Part shown: positions 37,294-47,437 of the stretch, one piece after another | Layout: each line of letters starts with the position of its first letter | How positions within the stretch are numbered: the stretch's first letter is position 1 | Assembly (NCBI GenBank): GCA_965223905.1 | Contig: CBDCXV010000010.1 | Span: 1,440,001 to 1,504,000 of the forward strand | Reading direction: 5' to 3' | Origin: Candidatus Latescibacterota bacterium | GTDB lineage: Bacteria > Latescibacterota > UBA2968 > UBA8231 | DNA length: 64,000 nucleotides | Made by a program: the position numbers and the translations under genes | The notes under the pieces: model-generated | Databases searched by the model: none | What the model saw: the letters and a program-made list of their open reading frames with translations, nothing else | What the model was told of the DNA's origin: nothing

Positions 37294-38376
37294 ATGGCGA
37301 ACACCGCCAAGACAAATTGGGACAGTGAAACCGGCGACTACCGCGTTCCTTCTCTAATCTGGGACATGGATCGCGCCGACGAACTGGGAGGAGAACCGAA
37401 CGACTGGCTGAGCCGCCCTGGTGGTGATCATTTCGTGGCCATGTCTTTCCATTTTTCGCCCCACACGTTCCCGGCAGGGAGCGTCGAGAGCGAAGGTCGG
37501 TTCCACTGTGCTCCTACCCCTTACGCGCTCAACATTAGTCAGGACCCTTACAACAGTTGGGGGGTAGTTGCGCGGCTCAGGAGTCGCCTCGAATCGGAGC
37601 CTCTCCAGTTCTGGAATTGGCTGCCTGGCATCCTTATAGTCGATACCTCTGTCAGATTCACCTTACCAAATCCGATGCTGGCCGCCTACGCGGGGACGGA
37701 ATGGGCAGACAACGACTATCGGATTTTCTGCGGATTCGCTGACGTCGATCGGTATCTGACCATGCAGACGTCTTTCATTGAACAGATGAATCGGTTGACC
37801 GGTCCGGGGTGGGCCGGCTGGCCATACGGAGTACGGCAACTGCATGAAGCCTTGGTCGGATGGATCAAACCCGGAACGGAACTACCGGAGATCGTGTTGC
37901 TTGCGTCGGTTCGACAGTCGGGCAGCAAGATCACCGCACTCGACCCCCGGCTATATAACCCAGGCCCCACACTTGGCGCTTGGAATAGCGCGCCTGCGAC
38001 ATGGGACTGCCGGCAGGCAACCCGATTCCTATACCACGCCAAGCTCATGATCGGAGATGGCCTGCCGGAGATGGCCGTCACGACCGCCATATCCGCGCTC
38101 GAAAACGCCATTGCCGAGGTGCTTAGGTTCAAACTAGCTGACGTGAACAGAGCGGATTACCCGCTTCGACGAACCAAATTCCTATCCAGGTTCGAGAAGC
38201 TGCTACCTCAGTACGAAGTCACTCTCCCGAAGTCCTTGGCTAAGCCTATCAAACCGGCCTACTTGGCTCGAAATAAGATCGTCCATGGCGCCAGTGCAAT
38301 TAGGGTTGAATTGGCTGCGGAGCATGTAGCCAATATAGAGGAGGCGATCGCTTGGCTTTGGGCAAACGTGGATTAA
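37294..38376 (+). CDS. Hypothetical protein with C-terminal HEPN-like domain
   Basis: Helical C-terminus with AVTTAISALENAI and an RxxxxH motif, RNKIVH (38269-38286). GGGGAG RBS; lower GC. Confidence 0.65.
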   Translation: MANTAKTNWDSETGDYRVPSLIWDMDRADELGGEPNDWLSRPGGDHFVAMSFHFSPHTFPAGSVESEGRFHCAPTPYALNISQDPYNSWGVVARLRSRLESEPLQFWNWLPGILIVDTSVRFTLPNPMLAAYAGTEWADNDYRIFCGFADVDRYLTMQTSFIEQMNRLTGPGWAGWPYGVRQLHEALVGWIKPGTELPEIVLLASVRQSGSKITALDPRLYNPGPTLGAWNSAPATWDCRQATRFLYHAKLMIGDGLPEMAVTTAISALENAIAEVLRFKLADVNRADYPLRRTKFLSRFEKLLPQYEVTLPKSLAKPIKPAYLARNKIVHGASAIRVELAAEHVANIEEAIAWLWANVD

Positions 38377-39328
38377 CCGAGTTCCCGGTCGTCGCCGTGC
38401 AGCAGATCGTGGAGACGAGTGCGCGCCGCATCATGCGCTTGTGCACGAAACGCGGCCTGCTCGACGACACTGCAGCGGATCCGTTCACCGACGAGGAGCC
38501 CGTGCTAGCGGCTCTCACCGCGGCTTCGGTGCGAGGGCTCACCGCCACCGGGGCACGCGCCGGCCAACGCCTGCGCCGGGTCCTCAAAGATCCGGCCACC
38601 GGGGTGCGTACGGCGCCCTTGTGCCTTGCTTCGCGCGGCTTTTCCCTGCATGCGGCAACGCCGATCGCAGGCCCTGACCGGCGGGGGCTCGAACGCTTGT
38701 GCCGCTACGTGGCCCGACCGGCCCTGGCGGGAGGGCGTCTGCGCATTCTCGATGCCGACCCTCTTTCCTTCGCGCTCAAAACGCCGTGGTCGGATGGGAC
38801 CCCCCATCTCCTGCTGTCTCCGATGGAACTGTTGGAGAAGCTGGCGGCTCTGGTCCCCCCGCCCCGGTTTCATCTCCTGCGCTACCACAGGGTCCTGGCC
38901 CGCGACCTCATCGTGCCGGCCCAGCCGGTTGCCGAGCCGTCGGCGGCGGACGCCTCGGCGAGCGCTGCGGCCTGCGGCCATCGACTGCGGTGGGCGACCC
39001 TGCTGGCGCGGGTGTTTTCCTCCGACCTCAGCGAATGCCCGGCCTGCGGCTGTCGCCTGCGGATCGTCGCCGCCCTGACCGGTCCGACCTCGATCCGGAC
39101 CTGTCTGGAGGGGGTAGGGCTGCCGGCGATGCCCCCGCCGAGAGCCCCGCCTCAGCCGCTGTTCGAGTTCGCCGCCTGACCTCCTCCGCGATTCGCTCCC
39201 TGCGCCGGGCGGACGGAGGGGTGTGCCCTCAACGGTCCTCAGGCCCCGGATTGATCCGGATACGGGCCGACAGGCAACTAAATAAACTGTACTGCTAGCT
39301 CGGTCGAAGGACGGGCAAACGATCCTCC
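38377..39328 (+). mobile_element. ISCR remnant (3' half of transposase), oriIS end lost
   Basis: GFSLHAA, LERLCRYVARP (single catalytic Tyr, ISCR-type), LKTPWSDGT and RYH. Similarity to the type B copy stops at 39328; starts right after the TAA of the HEPN-like gene. Confidence 0.9.
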
Positions 39329-39708
39329 AGTCCGTACCGATACTCGGTACGGGAAACAACCCCGTTCCAGGAAGCATGAGAAATGCACCTTATTTCAGCC
39401 CACTTACTGTCCAGTTGACGGGGTACACCTCAATAGACCACATTCCCACAGAAATCTCGCCACCCTCCTTGGGAACTCTGAAAGCGCCATCATCAACAGG
39501 CTCGTTAAGGGTGTCTTGGGTTGCCCTAGGATATATTCCTATGGTTACTCATTATGTGGTGGATCCCTTTAGGGAGACCGAGGGGTGGCCGGGGTCAGGT
39601 GAAGGCGCGCCCCCTCCGCGTGTCTACGTCCCGGAAGCTGCACGCCGGGTCATCATGTAGGATGATGCGAACAGGAGACGCTGAACCAATCCCTCAAGGA
39701 GCAATGAA

Positions 39709-40366
39709 ATGATGATAATGATATTTGCAATTATCCTGGCCCTGTCGCTAAGCACCTATGCTCACAACGGCACGGAAGTTCTCATGCACCCTTTTGATAC
39801 TACCTTGACGGACGATCCGGTTATCGATGGCGATGATGACGATTGGGATTGGTGGTATTGGTTCGGGGATGGCCCAATAGAAACGGTAAACTTGTGGCAA
39901 TCGGAGGATTACGTGGATAACCCCAACGACTTCCGGGCCCAATATCGTCTTGCCGTAGGACACGGAGGCGAATTGATGATATTTGCTCGTGTCTATGACG
40001 ATACACTCAAGCAGGAAATCGAGGCTGAGCACAGTTGGGACAAAGGGCAATGGTGGAAGGATGATTCAATCTGGATTTACATAGATGCCGATCATTCCGG
40101 TGGACCATCTTGGCGCTCGGGTGGTGAGGAATGGGAGGGGAATACCTATGCGATGGCATTCAGGCCCCTGTTAGATCCTCTTTCAGACTGGAATTCTATT
40201 TCTCCCTTCATCGGTTTCTACAGCTGGGGTCCCTTGGATCATTGGGCCAGCCAAGAAGAATACACCGAATTTGCCAGTAAAATCGATACCTTGGAGGATG
40301 GCAAACTCACGTACACGTATGAGATTCGAACCCAATTGTTCAACAAATTTGATTTCTATTCTCCTG
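39709..40366 (+). pseudogene. Secreted CBM9/DOMON-like sugar-binding protein truncated by ISKra4
   Basis: AAGGAG RBS and signal peptide, PVIDGDDDDW, RVYDD, DDSIWIYIDADHSGG and YTYEI. The stop codon is supplied by the IS end. Confidence 0.55.
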
Positions 40367-41941
40367 GGGCGTCTTAAGTAATTGTTATAGCGCAATTCAG
40401 GTGCGTATGTGTATATTTTACAGTAAGTTGCTTTCTTTTTCCGCATCCCCTGCGGCGCGCTCCCCTGATTTCAGAAAGAAGGGGAGCGATGAGTGCGATT
40501 CTCTCTCTGGAAGTTTTTCAGGAGCGGCAGAGTCAGGACCGCTTTCGAAGCCGGGCGCATGAAGCCTTGGACCAATGGCTGGATCGGGTGGAGACGCAAA
40601 TGAGCGAGCGCGGATCTTGTGCGCCGACGTTGATGGAGATCACCGCGGCGATGTCTCAAGAGCGCTCCGGGCTCACCGCGGCCTTGGTGGAAGCCTTCGT
40701 CGAACGCCGCCACGGCCATTTCCTGGCCCAGGAAGAGGCGGCCTGCCCCAAGTGCAAAGGCCTGCTGCGAGCGCGCCCGTCTCGCTCGCGCACGGTGGAG
40801 ACGCTGCTCGGGCCGGTGACCTTGGAGCGTCCCTATTTCTACTGCGTTGGCTGTCACCACGGGTTCTATCCGCTGGACGAGGCCCTGGGCCTGTCGGCGC
40901 AGCGCAAGCAGTGGGACGTGCAGCAGGCCGGGGTCAAGCTGGGGCTGGAGATGCCCCACCGGCGCGCCGCCGAACTGTTGGACGAGCTCACCGACGCGTC
41001 GATGAGCGATTGTGTGATTCACGAGGTGCTGCAACAGACCGGGTCGTTGGACGTGCTGCAGGTGTGTCCGGACGCGGCCGATATCCAGGATCGCATTGCG
41101 CAAGCCGCCGCCGGTCGCAAGTGGCGGCCGATCGTGGTGTTGGCCATCGACGCGGCCGACGTGCCCAGTCGTCCCCAGACCGCCAAAGGCACCCGTCCCG
41201 GACGCAAGAAGAGCCGGGCTCGGCGAAGGCGTTGGCAGGGGGAATACCACGAAGCCAAGGGCTTTCGCTTCTACCTGATAGACGATGAGCGCATCGAGCA
41301 GCTGATCTCCTGGCACCAGATGGGCAACGAACAGGCCTTCGGCGCGGCCTTGCGCCAGGTCAAGGAGGCGGGGCTGATCCCGGAGGATCAGGTGCGCTTG
41401 TGTGCCATCGGAGATGGCGCTCCGTGGATCTGGAAGTGGGTGGAAGAGCTGTTCCCGAGCGCCCGTCAGATCCTCGACTACTACCATTGCAGCAGCTACC
41501 TGCACGCGGTGGCCGAGGCCCAATACGGCGCCGATGCGGCGCGTGCTGCCCATTGGCTGGAAGCGACCCTGGCGCGCCTGTTCTGCGGCGAGGGCAGCGG
41601 CGTGGTCTGGGGTCTGCAGCGCATGCAGCCGCTCTCGGAAGAGGCCGGAGAGGCCATCGGCACGGCCTTGACCTACCTGCAAAAGCGACTGCACCAGGTC
41701 GATTTCGGCAGCCATCGCAAGGGCGGATACCCGATCGGGTCGGGGGCGATCGAATCGGCGCATCGCTTCATCGGCCACGTTCGTCTGAAACGGTCGGGCG
41801 CTTGGTGGTATAAGGAAAACAGCAACGCCATTCTGGCCCTGCGCTGCGCCTTGTACAATGGAACGCTTGACCGGGTCTTTCAGCAGTACCGAGAAAACCT
41901 AAAAACAACCACCGAAACCGTAACAATCAGCTAAGACACCC
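40367..41941 (+). mobile_element. ISKra4-family IS, copy 1 (1575 bp), no target duplication
   Basis: IRs gggcgtcttaag / gctaagacaccc; near-identical to 48543-50117. Confidence 0.92.
40489..41934 (+). CDS. ISKra4-family transposase
   Basis: CPKC and CVGC, IGDGAPWIW, LDYYH and PIGSGAIESA...RLKRSGAWW. Confidence 0.92.
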   Translation: MSAILSLEVFQERQSQDRFRSRAHEALDQWLDRVETQMSERGSCAPTLMEITAAMSQERSGLTAALVEAFVERRHGHFLAQEEAACPKCKGLLRARPSRSRTVETLLGPVTLERPYFYCVGCHHGFYPLDEALGLSAQRKQWDVQQAGVKLGLEMPHRRAAELLDELTDASMSDCVIHEVLQQTGSLDVLQVCPDAADIQDRIAQAAAGRKWRPIVVLAIDAADVPSRPQTAKGTRPGRKKSRARRRRWQGEYHEAKGFRFYLIDDERIEQLISWHQMGNEQAFGAALRQVKEAGLIPEDQVRLCAIGDGAPWIWKWVEELFPSARQILDYYHCSSYLHAVAEAQYGADAARAAHWLEATLARLFCGEGSGVVWGLQRMQPLSEEAGEAIGTALTYLQKRLHQVDFGSHRKGGYPIGSGAIESAHRFIGHVRLKRSGAWWYKENSNAILALRCALYNGTLDRVFQQYRENLKTTTETVTIS

Positions 41942-42107
41942 TTCGAAGGGGGGAACTGGCACGGGCTGCAGGAAGGATAGCCTGCCGCGGTCTCAATCTT
42001 ACCCGCTGGAACCGCTGGAAGGGGGACTTTCCGGATTCAAAGATCCTCAAGTTCCCCTAGTCCGTATGCTCAGAGCAAGAGCCTCTCTCGTTCTGATGAT
42101 TGCCCAT

Positions 42108-43112
42108 CTACAGCTCCTCAACTCCTACAAATCTGCCCGTGCCACGACTTCTGACGGCCGCCTCCACCAGCGCCAGAGTGTGGATCGCATCAGCATATTC
42201 CGAGCGGACCAGCGACCGTTCGCCTGTTTCGATAGCGCGCAACCAGGCACCGGTCTTATCCATGCCCAGGCTGTTCTCTTTAGGCGCCGACTTGTCTAAC
42301 TCCTGTCCATTGAGGTACCCGGTAATCCGGTTTTGGGTCACGTTTGCGCGAAGACGCAGGTGAGGGCCGATAACCTCGAGATCAAAGCTGAATGCTTCAG
42401 TGCCACAGTGATTGGTATGGGTGCCAAAGACACCGTTGTCGAGCGCGTAAGTCATCTGGATGGCATTCTCGGCGTCGAATTCGGAGCGATCCAGTGCCAT
42501 GTTTTTGACTGCCAGCGCATGTGCCTGAACCGGTTTGGGATTTCCCAGGACGAAACGTCCACAATCGAGCAGGTGGATGGCCTGCTCGGCAATAGGCCCT
42601 CCGCTGATCTTCTGTTGCAGGAACCAGGGCGCCATGTTAAAGCTCAGATAGTAATTAACTGTACAGACGGTCTGAATCAGATGGACTGTCTCATTGGCCA
42701 ACAGATGCTTCAGTCTCTCGTAGAGCGGGGCGTAACGCAATTGAAAACCAACGGCGGCAATTACCCCGGCTTTTTCGATGTGCTCCAGACAGCCCCGTCC
42801 CTCATCCATGTTTAGCGCAGGCGGCTTTTCGATCATCAGATGGATACCCCGTTCACAAGCCATTCGCACCGGTTGGAGGCGTACAGGAGGAGGCGCAGTG
42901 ATAACTACGCCATCGATTTCGTGCTCGAAAAATTCGTCGAGCTCATCAGTGGCGATCTCTGCACCGCGTTCTGTCGCTAGCTGCTGTGCGGCTTCCAGGC
43001 GAGTGCTGTGAACCGCGACGACCTGCGCTCCATAGGCAGCAACGGCTCGCCCATGCGCACGTCCCATGTTGCCAGCACCGACGATTCCGATCCTTAAGCC
43101 ATTTTGGTTCAT
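42108..43112 (-). CDS. Gfo/Idh/MocA-family oxidoreductase
   Basis: IGIVGAGNMGRAH, IEKPPA, VGFQLRY and GGPIAEQAIHLLD. Confidence 0.92.
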   Translation of the reverse strand: MNQNGLRIGIVGAGNMGRAHGRAVAAYGAQVVAVHSTRLEAAQQLATERGAEIATDELDEFFEHEIDGVVITAPPPVRLQPVRMACERGIHLMIEKPPALNMDEGRGCLEHIEKAGVIAAVGFQLRYAPLYERLKHLLANETVHLIQTVCTVNYYLSFNMAPWFLQQKISGGPIAEQAIHLLDCGRFVLGNPKPVQAHALAVKNMALDRSEFDAENAIQMTYALDNGVFGTHTNHCGTEAFSFDLEVIGPHLRLRANVTQNRITGYLNGQELDKSAPKENSLGMDKTGAWLRAIETGERSLVRSEYADAIHTLALVEAAVRSRGTGRFVGVEEL

Positions 43113-43145
43113 TTCAACCCTACACGATGGCTGCGTAAAAACGCG

Positions 43146-44315
43146 CTACACCCTTAAAATGGTCCTCGCCTCAATCTGCGCCCAGTCTATCTCCCGCCCC
43201 AACCCAGGCGTCTGTGGCACATACATATAGCCGTCCTTGACCTCCGTAGTTTCCCGTATCAGGCCAGCAAATGCCGCAGAAATAGACCGGTCAGCGGCCG
43301 TCGGCAGCCACGCCCCCACCTCCCACCAGTCGTCGTTTCGAGTCGCGGCCACAACCTGCGCCCCTCCACCGTGGACGTTCAGTCCGAACATCTCTGCAAG
43401 ATTCGCAAGCTTCATCTTACCGGTGATCCCGAGCCCGGTATTGCGCACGATATCGATCGCTCCAGCCACAAGATAGGGCGTCGCCAGGTAGGGATTTCCA
43501 TGTATCGATTCGAGCGCCATCACCGGTAGATCAACCGCGTCGGAAAGACGTTTCAGCCCGTTGATGTCGAACTCCTGCAGGGGCTCTTCGATCCATATGT
43601 ACCCCAGCTCCTCCAACCCGCGTGACACTTTAATGGCATCTTCAACGGTGTATTGCTGGACGGGATCGTGCATCAATGCCATCTCGTCGCCGACCAGATT
43701 GCGGATGTCCCCAGCGAGGGCGAGGTTTGTTTCGACGCCCAACATCGAGTGGTCTTTGAACCCCTTGTACCCCTCGTCCACTGCCCGTTGAGCCGACTTC
43801 AGCGTGTCTTCGTAGGGGATGCCCGTTTCGGTGAGGTAGGCCGGGACACGGTCACGAAATCCACCGAGCAGCTTGTGGACGGGCAACCTGGCGTGGAGCC
43901 CCGCCAGATCCCACAAAAGCGTATCGATCAAAGCGAGAGGATCTGTCGAGGTCATATGAAAGTACCGACGGGCCATCCACATTTTGTGCCACATATACTC
44001 GCGATTCAGTGCATCCTGCCCGACGAGCTCCGGTTCCCACTGGACCTTGAACGTACGCGCCTTCCACTCGAGATCCTCTTTCCCCCAGCCGGAGGCGAAG
44101 GATCCGATGGTCTCGAGATTCGCATCGGTTCGGATCCGGAGCAGACACGTGTAAGCCGGCCTGGGCTCCAAGCGGATCCCGTCCCCGCTGAACAGCCGAT
44201 GCCCGAACCGCACCTTGGTTGACCCCGGATACTCCCGCATCGTCCGCAGTGGACGCCACTCCGGTTCAACGGGATCGCTTTCGAGGATCTGGAAGTCGAT
44301 GGATTCGATTTTCAT
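43146..44315 (-). CDS. Mandelate racemase/muconate lactonising enzyme family (enolase superfamily)
   Basis: IDTLLWDLAG...PVHKLLGG, GYKGFKDH, LMHD, WIEEPL and VPQTPGLG. Confidence 0.9.
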   Translation of the reverse strand: MKIESIDFQILESDPVEPEWRPLRTMREYPGSTKVRFGHRLFSGDGIRLEPRPAYTCLLRIRTDANLETIGSFASGWGKEDLEWKARTFKVQWEPELVGQDALNREYMWHKMWMARRYFHMTSTDPLALIDTLLWDLAGLHARLPVHKLLGGFRDRVPAYLTETGIPYEDTLKSAQRAVDEGYKGFKDHSMLGVETNLALAGDIRNLVGDEMALMHDPVQQYTVEDAIKVSRGLEELGYIWIEEPLQEFDINGLKRLSDAVDLPVMALESIHGNPYLATPYLVAGAIDIVRNTGLGITGKMKLANLAEMFGLNVHGGGAQVVAATRNDDWWEVGAWLPTAADRSISAAFAGLIRETTEVKDGYMYVPQTPGLGREIDWAQIEARTILRV

Positions 44316-44402
44316 GGGGGTGTTTCCTCACAGGCGCATTATAGTCAATTGCAGTCCAATGCGCCTACTATGTGGACGCTGAAGTGACTTTCCTCATCTG
44401 AT

Positions 44403-44600
44403 TTGCTCGAGCCCCCCGCCAGAAGTGCCGGGATGAAAGGCAATCGGACTTACGGGCGGCAGTCATTGCCCGGACGACCACGGGGAGACACTTCTTGCGG
44501 ATGGAGCGGACGTGATCGTGGATTCCTGCCACCGGCTGCCAGCCGCCATTGGACAAGTGGGCTTCGGATCAGAAACCGCTTCAACCTGACGAAGTCGTCG
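44403..44600 (+). pseudogene. HAD-family hydrolase C-terminal fragment
   Basis: ARSAGMK, then a frameshift to AIGLTGGSHCPDDHGETLLADGADVIVDS; no N-terminal part is present. Confidence 0.4.
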
Positions 44601-44641
44601 CCTCAGCCGCGGCACGGCGCCGCAGCCGGTTCGAACCCCTG

Positions 44642-45463
44642 TCACGCATCAGGTTCCACGATGGCCGCCCTGTCGGCTTCAATCCACTCCGCCCAACGCA
44701 CCTCGTCCTCGATCAAGAATCTGGAATTGCAGCGGGCCTGAAGCTGCTCGTCCACCCCCAGCAGGCGCATCAACCGGTGGTCGTTGCGTTTTCGGGCCTG
44801 GTCGACAAGTCTCTGAGTCAAAGGTCCCTTGTGCGTGTCGGTGTGTTTCAGCCAGGAGAGGTTGTAGAACGAGCTGAAGAAGAAACGTATTCCGTCAGCG
44901 GTATTCGGCGTCCCCGAATGCACCAGATTGCCATGGGTCATGCACACATCCCCTGCCTTCATGTGAATGACCAGTTCGTCGGGATGGGGTTTTTGGCGCT
45001 TGTCCTCAGGGAGAGTCACCGGTGTTTGATGTGACCCGGGAAGGACGCGCAGGGGTCCGTATGCGTCGGTCAAATCCTGCAGATAGGCAATGGCATTGAT
45101 GGCGTTGGGTCGCTCGTATATGTGCGGCACCTTGCCCCAACGATCGCGGTGCCAACCGGATACTTTGCCCTCTGCCTCTTCCTTGCTCACGGGTTGGGAC
45201 CCCGCCAGGGTCAGATTGTCCAGTTGAACGAAAGGCCCCATGACCTTCTCGGCGAAATCGAGAATGGTGGGGTGGGATACCGCTGGCCAAAACAGGTTCG
45301 GCGCATACTCCAGGGTATTGCCGAACCACCACTGATCGTACTCGTCTTTCAGCTCTATGAACTTGTGGCGCCAACGATCCATCTGAGCTTCGCTGTAGAG
45401 CCCGGGTAATACCGCATAGCCGACCTTTTTGTACTGCTCGCACAACGGATCCAGAGGTCGCAT
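44642..45463 (-). CDS. Phytanoyl-CoA dioxygenase (PhyH) family protein
   Basis: GWHRD, YLQD...GPLRVLPGSH and AGDV..HGNLVHSG.PN...R. Confidence 0.9.
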   Translation of the reverse strand: MRPLDPLCEQYKKVGYAVLPGLYSEAQMDRWRHKFIELKDEYDQWWFGNTLEYAPNLFWPAVSHPTILDFAEKVMGPFVQLDNLTLAGSQPVSKEEAEGKVSGWHRDRWGKVPHIYERPNAINAIAYLQDLTDAYGPLRVLPGSHQTPVTLPEDKRQKPHPDELVIHMKAGDVCMTHGNLVHSGTPNTADGIRFFFSSFYNLSWLKHTDTHKGPLTQRLVDQARKRNDHRLMRLLGVDEQLQARCNSRFLIEDEVRWAEWIEADRAAIVEPDA

Positions 45464-45865
45464 GTTCCACTCCGTCTTTGGGGGGGGTGCGTCAATCTAT
45501 GTCCCTTGCCGGGACGGTACATATTCCGTCAGCCATTGCCCCGTCGTCCTGAGGACAGAGCGCCACCAGCGATCAGATTTTACTTTGGAGCTTTCTGGCC
45601 TATGAGTCAACTCTTCAAAATCAATTTCGGAAACCGCAGATCGGGGCAGCTCACGCGCGGCGCGGTCAATGCCAAGGCAGATTGGTTTGATCCACTGCTC
45701 TTATCTGTACAGCCTCAAGCCTCGTTATTACTACGGGGAGTAATTGAAAGTTTACAACACTCTCGAAGGGGAAATGGTGCCATCTATGTCACCTATTTAC
45801 CGCTCCCCGTAATAACAACGATGTGGGGAACCATCAAGAAAGATAGAACGCAGAACTCCACGGGG

Positions 45866-47437
45866 TCAGATCAGATTCTGTTTCATTTCCCCTGCACCGA
45901 GTGTTGTCGCCTGCCACGCCGTCGCTTCACCAGTTCGCAATCGCCATGAAAAGGTAAGTGGTGAATTGCCACCATTATAGAAGACTACCTCTGCGCTCTT
46001 TTCTGTTCCGAGAATGGGGCGCACCAAAGAGAGAAGCGTCTGCCGATGACCTTGCCTTTCACCTTGTTGAACTTCCAGAAGTTGTATGACTTCGCCCTGA
46101 ACCTCGCGTGTACCCAGAAGCAGCGGACCATAGCACGCCGTAACCGCACCTTGTCCCCAATTTCGTCCATGTCCTGCCGCGATTGAGCAGACCGCGCCTC
46201 CCATATCAGCATGTTCCCGTCCACCGCGCAACACGCGCCGCGCGATATGCAGACGCATCGCAGCACTTCGTAACGCTCTCATCGCGTAGACAATCTCACC
46301 TGTTACTTGATACCCAAGCGTCAACGTTGCGGTTGACGGCTCCTGAATGGGTTTCACGGATCCATCGTCTGACCATTCACCCCAGTAGGCCATATCCGCA
46401 CGTTTCCCGACACCCGGTTCCCGGCGACGTGGCTCTTGCGGAAAAACCAAAGCCAATAGTTCGGGCGGTTCATCAGGCAAATCCTCTAATCCAGCACGGA
46501 TCGCCGCATCAAAACCGGTATCCTCGAATGTCCACCGGTAGTAACTCAACGCCGCCGCCGCTGGATCGTTATACGGATCACTCAGTGATGCCACGAGTGG
46601 TTCTACAATTCGTCGTGCCGCTGTTTTAAATATCTCTTCTCCAGATAACAGATAGAGATCACCCAACGCGTAGATGGCACCGGAAGCCAACAGGACTTCA
46701 ATGCCTGCGAGCGGGTCTCCCGGAATGTGATGCGAACTTGCCACAAGCCGATGTAGATTCCTGGCGTTGACAGCGACTTCATCAAGTCCCTCTCCGTCAA
46801 GCGTCCAGAGCAACGGCATCGGATTCGGTGCTGCAATAAGCCGTTGCGCACGCTTCCTGCCGTACCGCAGTGCCCACGTCAGGTAGCGTTCTTCACTCGT
46901 CACACGATACGCTGCAATCGCTATGTGGATAAATCGGAAATGCTCTGCCATTTCATAAGCGTCTTCTTCTTCGTTCGTCACGTCTCGGCTACCAATGTTG
47001 TAGCCGATGAACGTATCTCGGTCATAATCATACCACGGTGGGATCTCCGGCACCCAATTGCCGATATGTTCCGCTGCATCTATCAAAAGGGTGGGCGCTT
47101 CTGTATCCTCCGGCATCAGACCGATATAGCGAGGAAGGAAAAGCAGAAACGGTTCCGGTCCGTGATGTGCCTCCGCTTTCGGTTCATAACCATGCAGACA
47201 ATCGCGTTTCACCCAACCGAGCAGTGCTGCCTTCAGCATATCGAAATGCTGCAGGACAGTCGCATCGCCAGTGATTAGATAATGTGGAAACCACGCGAGG
47301 GCATAGTTCGCTTCATCCTCGCCGCCAGCGTTCGGACCCGGTGGGTCAAGCAGCATACTCTGCTTCAGCCACCGTCCCATTTCGTTTCTAAGCGTCGTAT
47401 ATCCGTTGTAGCACTCGTGGATAACGCTATTCATCAT
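45866..47437 (-). CDS. Hypothetical protein, 523 aa (possibly alpha/alpha-barrel)
   Basis: Long ORF with a strong AGGAGG RBS; no motif recognised. Confidence 0.7.
   Translation of the reverse strand: MMNSVIHECYNGYTTLRNEMGRWLKQSMLLDPPGPNAGGEDEANYALAWFPHYLITGDATVLQHFDMLKAALLGWVKRDCLHGYEPKAEAHHGPEPFLLFLPRYIGLMPEDTEAPTLLIDAAEHIGNWVPEIPPWYDYDRDTFIGYNIGSRDVTNEEEDAYEMAEHFRFIHIAIAAYRVTSEERYLTWALRYGRKRAQRLIAAPNPMPLLWTLDGEGLDEVAVNARNLHRLVASSHHIPGDPLAGIEVLLASGAIYALGDLYLLSGEEIFKTAARRIVEPLVASLSDPYNDPAAAALSYYRWTFEDTGFDAAIRAGLEDLPDEPPELLALVFPQEPRRREPGVGKRADMAYWGEWSDDGSVKPIQEPSTATLTLGYQVTGEIVYAMRALRSAAMRLHIARRVLRGGREHADMGGAVCSIAAGHGRNWGQGAVTACYGPLLLGTREVQGEVIQLLEVQQGERQGHRQTLLSLVRPILGTEKSAEVVFYNGGNSPLTFSWRLRTGEATAWQATTLGAGEMKQNLI

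Noticed and set aside
39376-39660. 94-aa plus-strand ORF
   Set aside because: No RBS or motif; the minus strand looks more like the tail of a lost gene, too weak to call.
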